This document shows, piece after piece, positions 24,670 through 36,069 of a stretch of 42,973 nt of DNA. The stretch lies in the NCBI RefSeq assembly GCF_004010195.1, contig NW_025214398.1, forward strand, positions 1-42,973, written 5' to 3'. The notes below the pieces were generated by a model that worked only from the letters and a program-made list of their open reading frames with translations, was not told where the DNA came from and ran no database searches. Each line of letters opens with the position of its first letter. The first letter of the stretch is position 1. The DNA is from Chiloscyllium plagiosum (Eukaryota). Made by a program: the position numbers and the translations under genes.

Positions 24670-24851
24670 TATATAAGAAGGTGGAATTGAGGCCACAGTC
24701 AGATTAGCCATGATCTTACTGAATGGTGGAGCAGGCTAGAGGGGCCAAATGTCCTCTTTTTATTAATTTATCTCTTTGTATCTATGTGCAAGGGACTTAT
24801 CTCCAGGTTGACACCCTTCACTGTGGTAATTTGGACTGTCTCTGTTTACAG

Positions 24852-25000
24852 GTGGAAAAGATTGAGAATCGTTGCCTTGAATTGTTCAGGAAGGACTATG
24901 TTTTCAGTGTGATTCTGAATCCAAATGGAGAGCTTTGCGGACATTATCCCCGCCAAATCATCATTATGGAATATGAAAGTACGGAGGGTGACAAGGACAG
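24852..25000 (+). CDS. MTMR14: MTMR14 coding exon 2 (VEKIENRCLELFRKDYVFSVILNPNGELCGHYPRQIIIMEYESTEGDKD-R)
   Basis: Acceptor tctctgtttacag|G, donor CAG|GTAATG, 149 nt. Strong similarity to recalled human VERIEKRCLELFGRDYCFSVIPNTNGDICGHYPRHIVFLEYES. Confidence 0.96.
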
Positions 25001-26089
25001 GTAATGGGATTTAATCAAATAGTTAACATATTTAGCACCGTGTGACTATAGTTTGATTATTTATGTCTCTATTATATTTTCCTAGAGAATGTGCATATTA
25101 AATTGATTTGGAGATGGGTTGTCTGGCAGAAAAGAGTGGAGAGAGGGAGAGAGAATTTCATTTAGTTGATTCTGGCAATGAAGCTTTAATTGCTAACAGC
25201 AGACTGTCAATTTGAAGAAATTTTTGTCAGCGATTTCTTTTAGTGATGTTATCTGCATATGGCTTATTGAATATCCAGGTTATTTTTCTCTTTTTTTTCC
25301 TATTTTCAGTTTCCTTGCATCATGTGCCCCTTTCTCTTGCTGAGTCGATAGACAAACAGTCTCATTCTAAACCTCAGCTGGTGCAGCTATGTTACAAGTG
25401 GTTGTGGTGACAAAAACAAAGTGCAAGAGGTTATCAGAGTGGCATTTGTGGGTAAAAGAGTCAAGGTGATGATTCCGATTTAATCCTTCATCAGAACTAT
25501 AAGTAACTATAGATGAACTGCTTGTATAAAATAACAGAACAAAGGGAATGTAGTTGGAAAACTTGCCTGCTTTTTTAATATCCCAATATTTCTTTTGGAA
25601 AACAGTTTCATCTGAAGTTAGAAATTCTTTGAAGAGTAATTTGTCACATATTGCATTGAAACGACAATTACTGCTCTTGCATTGCTTTCCAAATTCACAA
25701 CCTCTACTAGCTAGAACAACAAGGGAAACAGACAGATGGGAGCCCTAACAAAAAGATCCACTCCGAGTAAGACACCATCCTGACTTGGAACTATGTCATC
25801 ATTTTTTCACTATCACTGGATCAAAATACTGGAACTCCCTTCAGAGCATCGCTGTGAGCACACGTACACCACGTGGATAGCAATGGCTTAAGAAAGCACC
25901 ACCACCACCACATCAAGGGCAATTAGAGGTGGCCAATAAATGCTTATTTTTACCAGTAACTTACTCAGCTCAAGAACTGATGGAAAAAGGGTTTTTACAA
26001 TTGTCAAGATGGCATAGCTGTCTCTTCATAGCTGGAAGTATGCTGCAGAATGCTGTGCAAAAATGGATTAACATTAAGAAACCTACATC

Positions 26090-26310
26090 ACAGAAGAATA
26101 TTGCTGATGCAGAAAGTCTGAAGTAAAACATAAAATGCTAGGAATTCTCAGCAAGTTGGATAGCATCTGTGGAGAGAAATAGGGTAAATGATTCAGGGAA
26201 GTGAAAGGTAATTGACTCAAGTTCTGTTTCTCTTTGCAGAAGCTCACTGACATGGCTGCAAATTTATAGTATTTGTTTATATTTCAGATTTGCAGCATCT
26301 ACAGTTTCCC
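26090..26310. mobile_element. Old Penelope-derived imperfect fold-back repeat
   Basis: Degenerate inverted arms (GATGCAGAAAGTCTGAAGTAAAACA... / ...TGTTTATATTTCAGATTTGCAGCATC). Central HHR is largely lost. Confidence 0.55.
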
Positions 26311-26713
26311 CTCTCTGAAGGAATTTCCACGTCTCTCTTCTACTTCCTTCACCTGAAGGATTAAGTTTACTTTCCTTTTTGCTGACAGTTCTCTTTAGTG
26401 AGGAGATGAGTATTTTTTCTTCCTTTCTTTAACAGTGGTGACAAAATTAGGAGAATCTTGCTGGGAGGTATTGCTGAGCTCTTTTGTGAATTGGGATCTG
26501 TCATGATGCATGTTATGGTTAACAACACATCAATTCAACTGCTTCTGCTGTACCCTTGGATTTTTAACTTCACCATCAGTTCACATCATGTTATTGCCTC
26601 TATCTCTATTCAAACCAAACTAATAAAGCCAAATAGACAAGAAAAACAAATCATCACTCAAATTATTTAAAAGATGGCCCAAATAGTGACATTCATTTTT
26701 AAGGACAAACTAT

Positions 26714-26955
26714 TATAGAGTCATAGAAATGTACAGCTCGGAAACAGACTCTTCGGTCCAACTCGTCCATGCCGACCAGATATCCTAAATTAATCTACTT
26801 CCATTTGCCAACACATGGCCCATATCCCTCTAGACCCTTGCTATTCATATATCCATCCGGGTGTCTTTTGAATGCTGTAATTGTATCAGCCTCTGGCAGC
26901 TCATTCCATACACAGGCAATCCTTTGCATGAAAAAATGCATCTTAGGTCCCTTTT
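26714..26955 (-). mobile_element. CR1/HER1 LINE 3' end fragment
   Basis: Similar to 19961-20200, with (ATAGAGTC) tail repeat. Confidence 0.8.
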
Positions 26956-27133
26956 TGTAGATTTTTTTTTCTATGCTAGAACTTAAAAATAACTAATGAA
27001 TTCCTTTTATGTATGATGTCAGCTACTGGCTTTTTTTATACTGTTGTGAGCTTTACTGGGGCCGGTAACTACTGTTCTGGCAGCAATAATGAAATCGCCA
27101 TATGCATTCAAAGTTATTCACTCTCGTGACACT

Positions 27134-27138
<5 letters not shown>

Positions 27139-27164
<26 letters not shown>
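27139..27164. repeat. (TA)13 microsatellite
   Basis: Direct reading. Confidence 0.95.
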
Positions 27165-27169
<5 letters not shown>

Positions 27170-27539
27170 ATATTAAGGCTGAAGATGTAATTGCAAAGAA
27201 TAATTGTCATAGTGTCTCTCCTGCAAATGCACTTAAACAGGAATGTGGTGCTGTTCAAATCATCATCGTGCATTCACTCCATATTGGAAGCAGAAGTGGT
27301 GCATTCTTTGCTTTCTCTCCCATTGCTGCCCTGTTTTCCATTCCTGTCGCTACAAAAGGCACAAAGCAATTTTTATCGGTGGAAATGGGCATTAGGAGTA
27401 AATACAATGAAACTCTAAGAGATCATTCTCTTGCAAGAGTTTAAAAGCTCACTATCTTTTTAGTGATTAGAGTCAATGTCGAAGGCCAGAAGATAGCAAG
27501 TGTGAGTTGTGCAGCAGGAGTGGCTGATCCATAAAGCCT

Positions 27540-27800
27540 AATTATTTTTTAACCATCATCCCCATAAACCTGGAAAAAAAAGTGAGCAGGAAGGCAAATA
27601 ACCAGGGTCGAGAAAAGATGTCTGGCAATGCTTTGAGATCCTCGCTGATCAGAAAGGAAGGTGCTGAGGATACAAGTGGGAATGGTAGGCCTAACTGTTT
27701 CCATTGTCATAAAGTGGAACACTTTTTTTTTGTACAGAATACTGGAGGATACAATGGAAGTCCAAGGAACTTATTGGGGTTCATAAGAGTGAGTCTGAAA
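27540..27800 (+). mobile_element. Possible Gypsy gag zinc-knuckle remnant
   Basis: CFHCHKVEH (Cx2Cx4H) followed by a frameshifting T run. Confidence 0.4.
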
Positions 27801-28479
27801 AGCGAACTCAAAAGGAAAATACTACTGATTTCAATGGTAAATGGCTGCATTTGAACTGTGACTTGCTGTCTAAAACAGTGGGATGAGAGTTATTCAGAAA
27901 TTAAGCATGGATGGATTTGACTTACTCTTAAACTGCAACTAGAAGATTTTGAATAGGAGATTATGGGGCCATATAAGGATAATTGGGAAGGTTAATAAAG
28001 TGACACTGCACTTTCATTATCAGGAGGAAATGGGATATACTCCTGTACATCCCAAGAGAACCTTCAGCTGTGACATCTCCATTTGAAGGCTATTCAATAT
28101 TTGCTGAGATGACTGCTTTAACTGAGCTTGCTGATGTATCTGTTCCTCTTCCTTTTTCCTTATGCCGTCATTGAACTGCATCAACAGTGATGACGTCTCC
28201 TACTGTGATCAGAAACAGGACGGATCTTGGGAATGCTGACTGCTCGCATAACTATCACACCCAAACAATGTTTAGCATTCTCCTCCATATAGTGGGACGT
28301 GGAAAGTCATGGAATGCCTCGACATGATCCTTTGATAGAGGAACCTTGTACCAATGAAAGTAGCACAAGTCATATCACATTGAGACAGGATGAGATTGAC
28401 AGTACTGAAGCCTTTGCCTCGCATCATTGTTTATAAGACCATATTGACAAGTTCTTACAGTTCAAGGTGAAAGGAAAGA

Positions 28480-28800
28480 GCTTCATTGTCCACATGGAGG
28501 CTGAGTTCTTGCATTATCTTTGTGCTTTGTCACTTGCAGGCCCCACTTTTTAAGGTTTCCTGTGAGTATCTCTGCTTCACAGATATAACTGTCTTCAATC
28601 TGCAGTGAAATGATCAAGATTGCTTGTGACCAGGATTTGCACACTTTGTGCATGTAAGATAAATGTATTGGACACTTGTGATTGCAGATGATTTCAACTT
28701 TACTATGTAAGTATGAGTAATGCAATTGCTGCTTGAAGAGTTTCATGTTGCTCACAAGTAATGTGCTCAGACAGGGGAATAAAGTCTCCACCCACTTTGG
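28480..28800 (-). mobile_element. Possible PIF/Harbinger transposase remnant
   Basis: HSKVEIICNHK...VC weakly resembles the HSxNVQxxCDH motif. Highly degraded. Confidence 0.3.
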
Positions 28801-30565
28801 CGTTGATCTCTACCATTTTCCATTTGCAGTGTGCATTTGAGTTGCAAAAGTATGGAAGGCACTTCAGGTCACGTTAGGCATTGTGAGTCTCAGGCTCAGC
28901 CTGGTCAACTCTCTCTCCCCCTATGTGTTTAATTATTCCCCCTTCACAATTATTGTCCTCTTTTTGTATCCCAGCATGTTGCCACTAATCCCCAGAACTG
29001 ATGTCTTCTGCTGTGCAGCTCCCTGACTGACTGACTGCAAATCCCCTGAGTGTTTGCAATAGACCTGTCAGACTGGCTGTGGCCCTTTTCTTTGGACTAT
29101 GTTAGTTAGCACAGCCTGACCTGACTGCCCTTAGCTGCTGACCAACTATGTCCAAGCCTGTGGACTGTGAGCGAGTGCTGCCCTTGACTGACTGTACCGA
29201 GGCTCCCTGATTAATAGTAACTATCCTTAACTTGACTGGGGACTGTTCCTCTTAGACGATGTAATGTGGCTAATACCCTTGCAGTGGTAGGGTGTTTTCC
29301 ACAAAGGTTGCTGTCACATGGTGCAGTTGTGAGATTGACATTGCATGTGCAGTGACGCTACATTCACCCCCTTGACTGATGAGTACTGATAATCAGGCCA
29401 AGGTACCTGGCTTTGTTTCTGTGCTAAATAGCAAGCTCCAGCTGAGGGGGCATGGTGAAAAATGGCAAAGCAAGGATACTGTGGGCACTTGAGTAGGCGC
29501 ATCGTGCATGGGCACTGAGAGCATGTGACCAGTGCTGAAATACACTTTGGTCCCATCCAGGAAATGGGTGCTTGACCGTACATACCAAGTGTCCTGGCAG
29601 TACCAAAGCAATGAAGGATGCCAGTTTGATCCAAATTTCAGCTTGAGTTGCAGTAGTGTATTGTATTTTGGGAATTATCCTCGCCTTGTTTCAATCTAGT
29701 GGGTGGGAGAATGAGAAACTTCATAAATGAGGTGAGTTTGCATAAAATGAAATACTAATACATGCACCCCTCATTACTCACTCTTATAAGTCTTGTCTCA
29801 CCAACCAGCACTTATTTGGAAAGGGGACTTTTTTTTTTGCTCTCAACATTGAGAATCTCCATGCTGGCCATCTTCTAATATCATTTTCAAATTTTCTGCC
29901 AATGCCTATACAAGGATGGAAAGATTCCATTCACAGATGCCAGAGACCAATATTTTGTGTTTATGTTCACTTATTTTAGTGATGCAATTGAGTAAGATTC
30001 AAACAAAAGTAAACTGTTTACTGCGTTTTCAGTCTTTTTGCTTTAATTTGTCTGGGTCCAATCTTTGACTCTAGTTGGGTGTGTTTGTAGGTATAGAACA
30101 GTATTGACCTCAGTCATGATGATTGTTGAATCAAACTCCTACTTGTCACTTACTGATACTTGTTCTTGAGGTTCATTGCCAAGTAATAACAAATAGGCAT
30201 CCTGTTGGAGAATACAGGACTAACAATCAGGAAGCTCTTGCAATGAGTGACTGTTCTCCAACAAGGTACTGTGCAATTAATTATGCCCTAGTTTTCTCAT
30301 TTTCTGTCAATTATAGTCTTTGTACAATACTTAGTGCTTGACACAGGGCCTTCATTTTACAAGCTAATAACTCATTCCATATGAACGGAATTCTTGTAAT
30401 TTATTTAAAGCGATCAAAAATTATGCTGACAATAGCAATTTTAAACTTTACAATTTCTTTATGAAACTTCACCTTTAAGAATGGTTGGTGTTTCCATTAA
30501 ATGACAAACTTTATTTTTCTCTTTAGTTATTTTTCAGTCTTCCAGGAGACACATTTAATCCATAG

Positions 30566-30644
30566 ATGTCACATGATGCCAGGTTTATAGCCCAATAGAT
30601 TTATTTGAAATTACAAGCTTTCAGAGTGCTACTCCGTCATCAGG
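30566..30644 (-). mobile_element. 79-bp Penelope-type terminal fragment: hammerhead motif plus AATAAA tail
   Basis: 12-bp TSD TTTAATCCATAG at 30554-30565 and 30645-30656. Minus strand C-CTGATGA-C-GGAGT-AGC-ACTCT-GAAA-GCTT-GTAATTTCAAATAAA. Confidence 0.75.
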
Positions 30645-32722
30645 TTTAATCCATAGTAAGGGGAAGGAAAAGAGTCGGTGAATTATTGTCATCTATTCAG
30701 TAGTTACAGGGTGCACTTGATGGAAGAATATTGACTTAAACTCATCACTCTTATTCATCATTAAGGAAAATATTGCAGAGTGTTTTATTTGTAGCTAGAT
30801 TGAAATCTTGCTTCTCTTGACTAACGTTTTTGTTCCAGGAATCTTCACAGCCGATCAAAGCTTTAACATCCTTGTAGATCATGTTTCCATTCACTTTACC
30901 TGTATTGAGTTTCCAATCACTGCAAATGTACCACAGTTGCATGTTTTATCAATAATTGCCATGAATGTGGTCAAATCAGTTCCAAGCCTCGGCTAAACAC
31001 AGCAGTCCATTCAAAAACTGAATCAATCTCTTTCATTGTATTCTGTCTTAATGTAGGATGAGTTGCTGAGCAAATAGTTGTTTGGGCTGCAAGAGTATAT
31101 TCATATTTAGAAATTTATGATCTCCTGATTCAAGAAAAATATTTATGGTTAAATCTGTGCTTTTTTTAAACTGTTTTTACTTCCTACTGTAATGTGCTAA
31201 TGGAAGTGACCCAAATTAGTGAGAAGTGGTTTACAGTAACCCACATGTTTATTTCATTACTGGCAGCATGATGGAGGTTGCTGCCTTTCTAATTTATTGC
31301 ATTATATTTTTCTAGATGTAGTTCTAATTCAGTTGCATTAGTAAAACTTCTTGAAGTACTGTTTTAAAGCAATGTTCCAGGCTTGCTTAAAGAGAAAAAT
31401 GGTTTCTCTGGTTTAAAATGCTTGCACTGTCAGCCACCAGTTGTACCTGTGCACACCCTCCTCCCACGCCCTAAAATGCCACAAGTGTTTCTCATGCGCT
31501 GATAAAACCTGCTGTGATAGCACTGTTACCTACAAACTTAATTGTTGGATCCACTTATTACAACTGATGTGATCAAATCTTTGTTATGTAATCACTTCTA
31601 AAAGATGCAGAAGGGTTTGTGAAAGTTGGTAGATGCATTCTTTGGGTGGTGATTGGTGAATGCTTTAAAAACAGCTGCTGAAGTGAAACAGTCCTAATGG
31701 CAGTCTGATTCTATATTTACAGGGATATTCTTTTTTTTAAATAATGATATTATTAACAGTGAAAAAGGGAAGGAAGTATTTTTCGTCGATTGAAAGTCTG
31801 TACATCTATTCTTCAAATGGAATCTGAGTTTTGAGCTACCTTGGTGAAGAATTGAATCCATTCATTAATCGTCTTGGATACAGGCTATTAAGGCCAGCTG
31901 GAATCTCCAGTTTAATTAATTAGTTAGCATCCAGGCTATTTACTTACACTATTTAGTGCATTGTACATATTTGTAGAACCCATTTAGTTGAAATATAGTC
32001 TGTACAACTTAGCTAGTAGAACACGTTTTGCTACTTGACGTTGCCTAAGGTTTAATTTTTAAACATCTAGCTATTAGATTCTATTTATAATATAGCAATT
32101 ATAACAAACTCAGGCGACTTAAACTTCCTGGTCTAGTGGTTTCCTGAGACAGTCATGTTTTAGAATTTGTGTGTGTGTATGTATGTTAGCGGAGTGCAAA
32201 TTAAAGCTTGTATGTCAGATTCCTGAGGGATTTCTTGTGCTACTTATCTGATTTTTGTTTTTAATTGAAGATATGATTGATACCTGCACCCTCAATGTAA
32301 AATAGTTTTTGTATCCATATGATTCGATCTTTGACATAGCTTTAGTTGCCTACAAAATTGATGTTGCTAACAGCCCTCACTGTGACCTGTAGATATGTGT
32401 TCTAAGTTACTCTGCCCTGTACAGGCTGCATTAACAGCAGTACTTCACACATTGACTCCACTTTGAAGAAGTTATGTTGTTTCTCTGTCTGATTAGACCA
32501 AATGATAACTGCAAAATACTACACCTTTTTTTAAAAAAAGTCTACACTTGTTACTCAATGCCAAATGAATATTGTTAGCATCACTGTCTCTGCCAACCTT
32601 GTGTAGGATTTAAGAGACTGCTGCATTTGATGTAGACATCACTTACTCGCAGAGACCTATTCTCTTGGGGTATTTTTAAAAATGGATGTTTTAATTTTAT
32701 ATTTGATACTTTTTTTTTGTAG

Positions 32723-32831
32723 GTTTGAGAGCACAGTTCAGACAAGCAAACTGCAGGATTTTGTGAGCCGTAGCAAGATGGCAAGATGTCGTAGTCGCTT
32801 TGTCTGCCCAGTCATCTTATACCATGGAAAG
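32723..32831 (+). CDS. MTMR14: MTMR14 coding exon 3 (FESTVQTSKLQDFVSRSKMARCRSRFVCPVILYHGK)
   Basis: Acceptor tttttttttgtag|G, donor AAG|GTATGA, 109 nt, continues phase 2 from exon 2. RSKMARCRxRFVCPVIL motif of MTMR14. Confidence 0.96.
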
Positions 32832-34239
32832 GTATGATTATTCTCTCTTTTTGTTTTGCGGGTGAGTTGATATATTAATTTAAAACTTCGAAGGTTGGAA
32901 CACACAGTGGTGGATTACTTTGTAACTTGAGCCTAATAAGCTTGGTTTGTAAGATACTTGATGGAAATTGGATCAGCAGAGAAGAGTATAGATAAGCTGC
33001 AAAAGTGCAGAGATGGCAAGTGACAATGTTTTATAGTATTTAGTTTAACTTGGCTTGAAATCAGAAGTGAACCAATTTATAGCTTTTTTTTTAAAAATGA
33101 GTAACCAAATTTTCAGACAAAGTTTATTCCATGAACCACTTGACTTTTTAAATTGAAGTACTTAGGCATTAGTCATTGTCGTCTTCTGATATGGTCAGTT
33201 TCTATTATCATATAGCAATCGCTCCTCTTGTATTCTATCTAAGATAGACCAGTTCTTAACATTCAGTGCTCCATAAATTATTCTACGCTGAACTACATCT
33301 GCCACCAGTTACGTAAAAATCCACCTCAGCAGAGGGATGTGGGCGCTGGGTTATCTAATAATTATGGTTATCAAACATGTTTTGCAAAGAAGCTATTGAC
33401 ACTGGTGATGAAAGGTTCTGACTTGAAATGTCAACTCCCCTTCTCGTCTGATGCAGCTTAACCTGCTGTACTTTTAATGGTGCTACTCTATCCACTAGTG
33501 ATAAGAGGAAATGTAGCTTGTTACCAGATATGCTTCAATAGCTTGTAAATTCATGATTAATTCTAAAGAATAAATATAATAGGTTATTATACAGAATGGA
33601 AAATGGTGAGCAAAATAAAGTGGGGCTAGCCAAACTAAATTACTTTTCAACTAGAAAATAAATAATCAGGCATGATTCAAAGGGAATTTTGACTGAGGGG
33701 GAAGTACTAATGTACCTGACTTGAAGTTCTTGTAATTGAGGTTTCAAATACTAGGCAATGTGCTAAAAAGTAGAATGTTAGCAATAAATAGTGAAATTAC
33801 AAAGAAGTAACAGACAAAGTGGGATAGATTGATTGGGAGTGCCTCCAAAATTTAAAAGAAATATCATTTGAGGAGTTAAACATTTATCTTATAACAAAAA
33901 AGATATTGAAGAATATAATGAGAAAGATTGAATGCAAACAGAAATATCGTTCTTGGATCTAATGGGATTTTACTTTCAAAAAGAAATTCTTAACTTTTGG
34001 TATCTACTGTCAGAATTTGCTCACCAGTCAGCTTCTCTGCTAAATGTTGGAGCTGTGCAACCTTAAAATAAAAGCCCTGGATTTTGCAGTAATATTGATG
34101 GCAAAATTGTTGAATGTTTTCTCATTACTCCGTTGAAGCTGACAGCAACGTCTAGAATCTGCATATTAGATGCAGAAGTCCAGAAGCTGCTTTTGGTGAT
34201 AATCTTCCCAAAGAAGGGTTTGGCTTGGGAAAAGGGGAT

Positions 34240-34525
34240 GGAGGAGCCAGAGTGATAATGTAACTGGGCGAGTAATCCAGAATCCCAGGTTAATGTTCTG
34301 ATGCAGGGTTTCAAATCCTGCCATGGCAGATTAATTAAATTCAGTAAAAGTCTGGAATAAAAAGCTAGCCCAGTGGCAATTGTGTAACTATTGCTCTTGT
34401 CATAAAGACCTATTGGTTCATTAATGTCCTTTAGGGAAGGAACCCTGCCATCCTTACCTGGTATGCCCTCTGGGCAATAAATGCTGGCCGATCCAGTGAC
34501 ACCCACATCCCACAAGTGGATTTCA
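34240..34525 (+). mobile_element. SINE with box-B-like head and GGGCAATAAATGCTGGCC...CCCACATCCC tail
   Basis: The same tail family is seen at ~1-118 (+), ~8315-8390 (-), ~16460-16680 (-), ~22925-23060 (-) and ~25770-25985 (+). Confidence 0.6.
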
Positions 34526-34773
34526 AAAATCAGAATGCAATGTTATATCCCTATGTGGCAATCAACTTCATGTGAATTCTCCTTTTCACAACGTTAATCT
34601 CAGAATCAAACAATGAGGTGTTCCAGAGCTTTTAATTGCATTATTTCATAACTACTGCTGAAAAATCTTTCTTACCCTGAGAAATGAATATTATAATTTC
34701 TAAAATGTTAGATTACAATACAAAGTTCCACAGTTTTGAAAAGTCTGAATCTACCTTAATTCCATGTGTTTGT

Positions 34774-34994
34774 GGCTGAAAATGTGTTGCTGGAAAAGCG
34801 CAGCAGGTTAGGCAGCATCCAAGGAACAGGAGAATCGACGTTTCGGGCATAAGCCCTTCTTCAGGAATGAAGAAGGGCTTATTCCCGAAACGTCAATTCT
34901 CCTGTTCCTTGGATGCTGCCTGACGTGCTGCGCTTTTCCAGCAACACATTTTCAGCCCTGATCTCCAGCATCTGCAGACCTCACTTTCTCCTCC
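34774..34994. mobile_element. Fold-back Penelope-derived mini-element B with hammerhead motif
   Basis: 90-bp inverted repeat (34774-34863 / 34868-34957, 4 mismatches, loop GGAA) plus the same tail as A. 14-bp TSD TTCCATGTGTTTGT at 34760-34773 and 34995-35008. Confidence 0.9.
34833..34868 (-). ncRNA. Minimal type I hammerhead ribozyme motif (element B)
   Basis: Minus strand reads ATTC-CTGAAGA-A-GGGC-TTAT-GCCC-GAAA-CGTC-GATT: intact core and stem II, weak stem I. Confidence 0.65.
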
Positions 34995-35720
34995 TTCCAT
35001 GTGTTTGTCCCAATCATCATTTTTCACTCTCAAATTCAATAAAGATGGAAGATAGTACTGCATTTTCTTACCTTTGATATCTGAGAGAATACTTGAACGT
35101 GAATGTTTGCCTCCCCCTTCTTGAAGACACCACTGTTACTGGATATTTGGAGATTTCCTTTAGTTGGCAACAAATTCAAACTAATATTTGGAAAGAAAGT
35201 TCTGCCACAGATATGGCTACATCTTTGTGGGCAACTTTATTTAAGCTCTGCAGCAAGCCCTGTTATTTTGCAGTTCATGGCCAAACTTATGGAATCATTG
35301 AACAGAGTGCTACAGGTGAGAATATGCTATATGTCTCCTTTGGGGTGATACTCTGGAAATCAGGCCCTGCTATTCCTGGAGTTGTCACAAAAGTTAGATT
35401 TTAAGAATACACAGAAGTTCCCAATTTACCTATCATTCAGATCCAGGTTTTCAGCACAAATCAGGTTTCTGTACTTTACAAGAATTACTACTTATTACAA
35501 ATAAATATATTCTAACTGCATATACATTTATATGAACAGTTGATGTATAACTTGAATCCTCTTATAACTGCATGCACATGTGCACACAGACTAACAAACT
35601 CAAACAGGAGAAAAAGACATGGGCAGTGGTGCCTGTTCACAGGGCTTTCTGAGGTGGTCCTTTTGTCTTATCCAGGCATTCTGCTCCTTGATTCTCCTTC
35701 TCCAAATACTTTCAATTAGC

Positions 35721-36069
35721 ATCATAGAATCCCTATAGTGTGGAAGCAGGCCATTCAGCGCATCGAGTCAACACCAACTCTCTGAAGAGCATCCTACCCA
35801 GTCCCACTCCCCTATCCTATCCCTACATTGTCTATGGCTATTCACGCTAGCCTGCATATCCCTAGACACTATGGGCAATTTAACATGGCCAATCCATCTA
35901 ACCAGCATGTCTCTTGTCTTTGGGAGGAAACCGGACACCCGGAGGAAACCCACACAGCCACTGAGAGAATGTGCAAACTCCACGCAGACAGCCGTCTGAG
36001 GGTGGAATCAAACTGTGAATCCTGGCACTGTAAGGCAGCAGTGCTAGCCACTGAACCACCGTGCCACCC
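35721..36069 (-). mobile_element. HE1-type tRNA-derived SINE
   Basis: Full-length reverse-complement copy. Confidence 0.9.
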
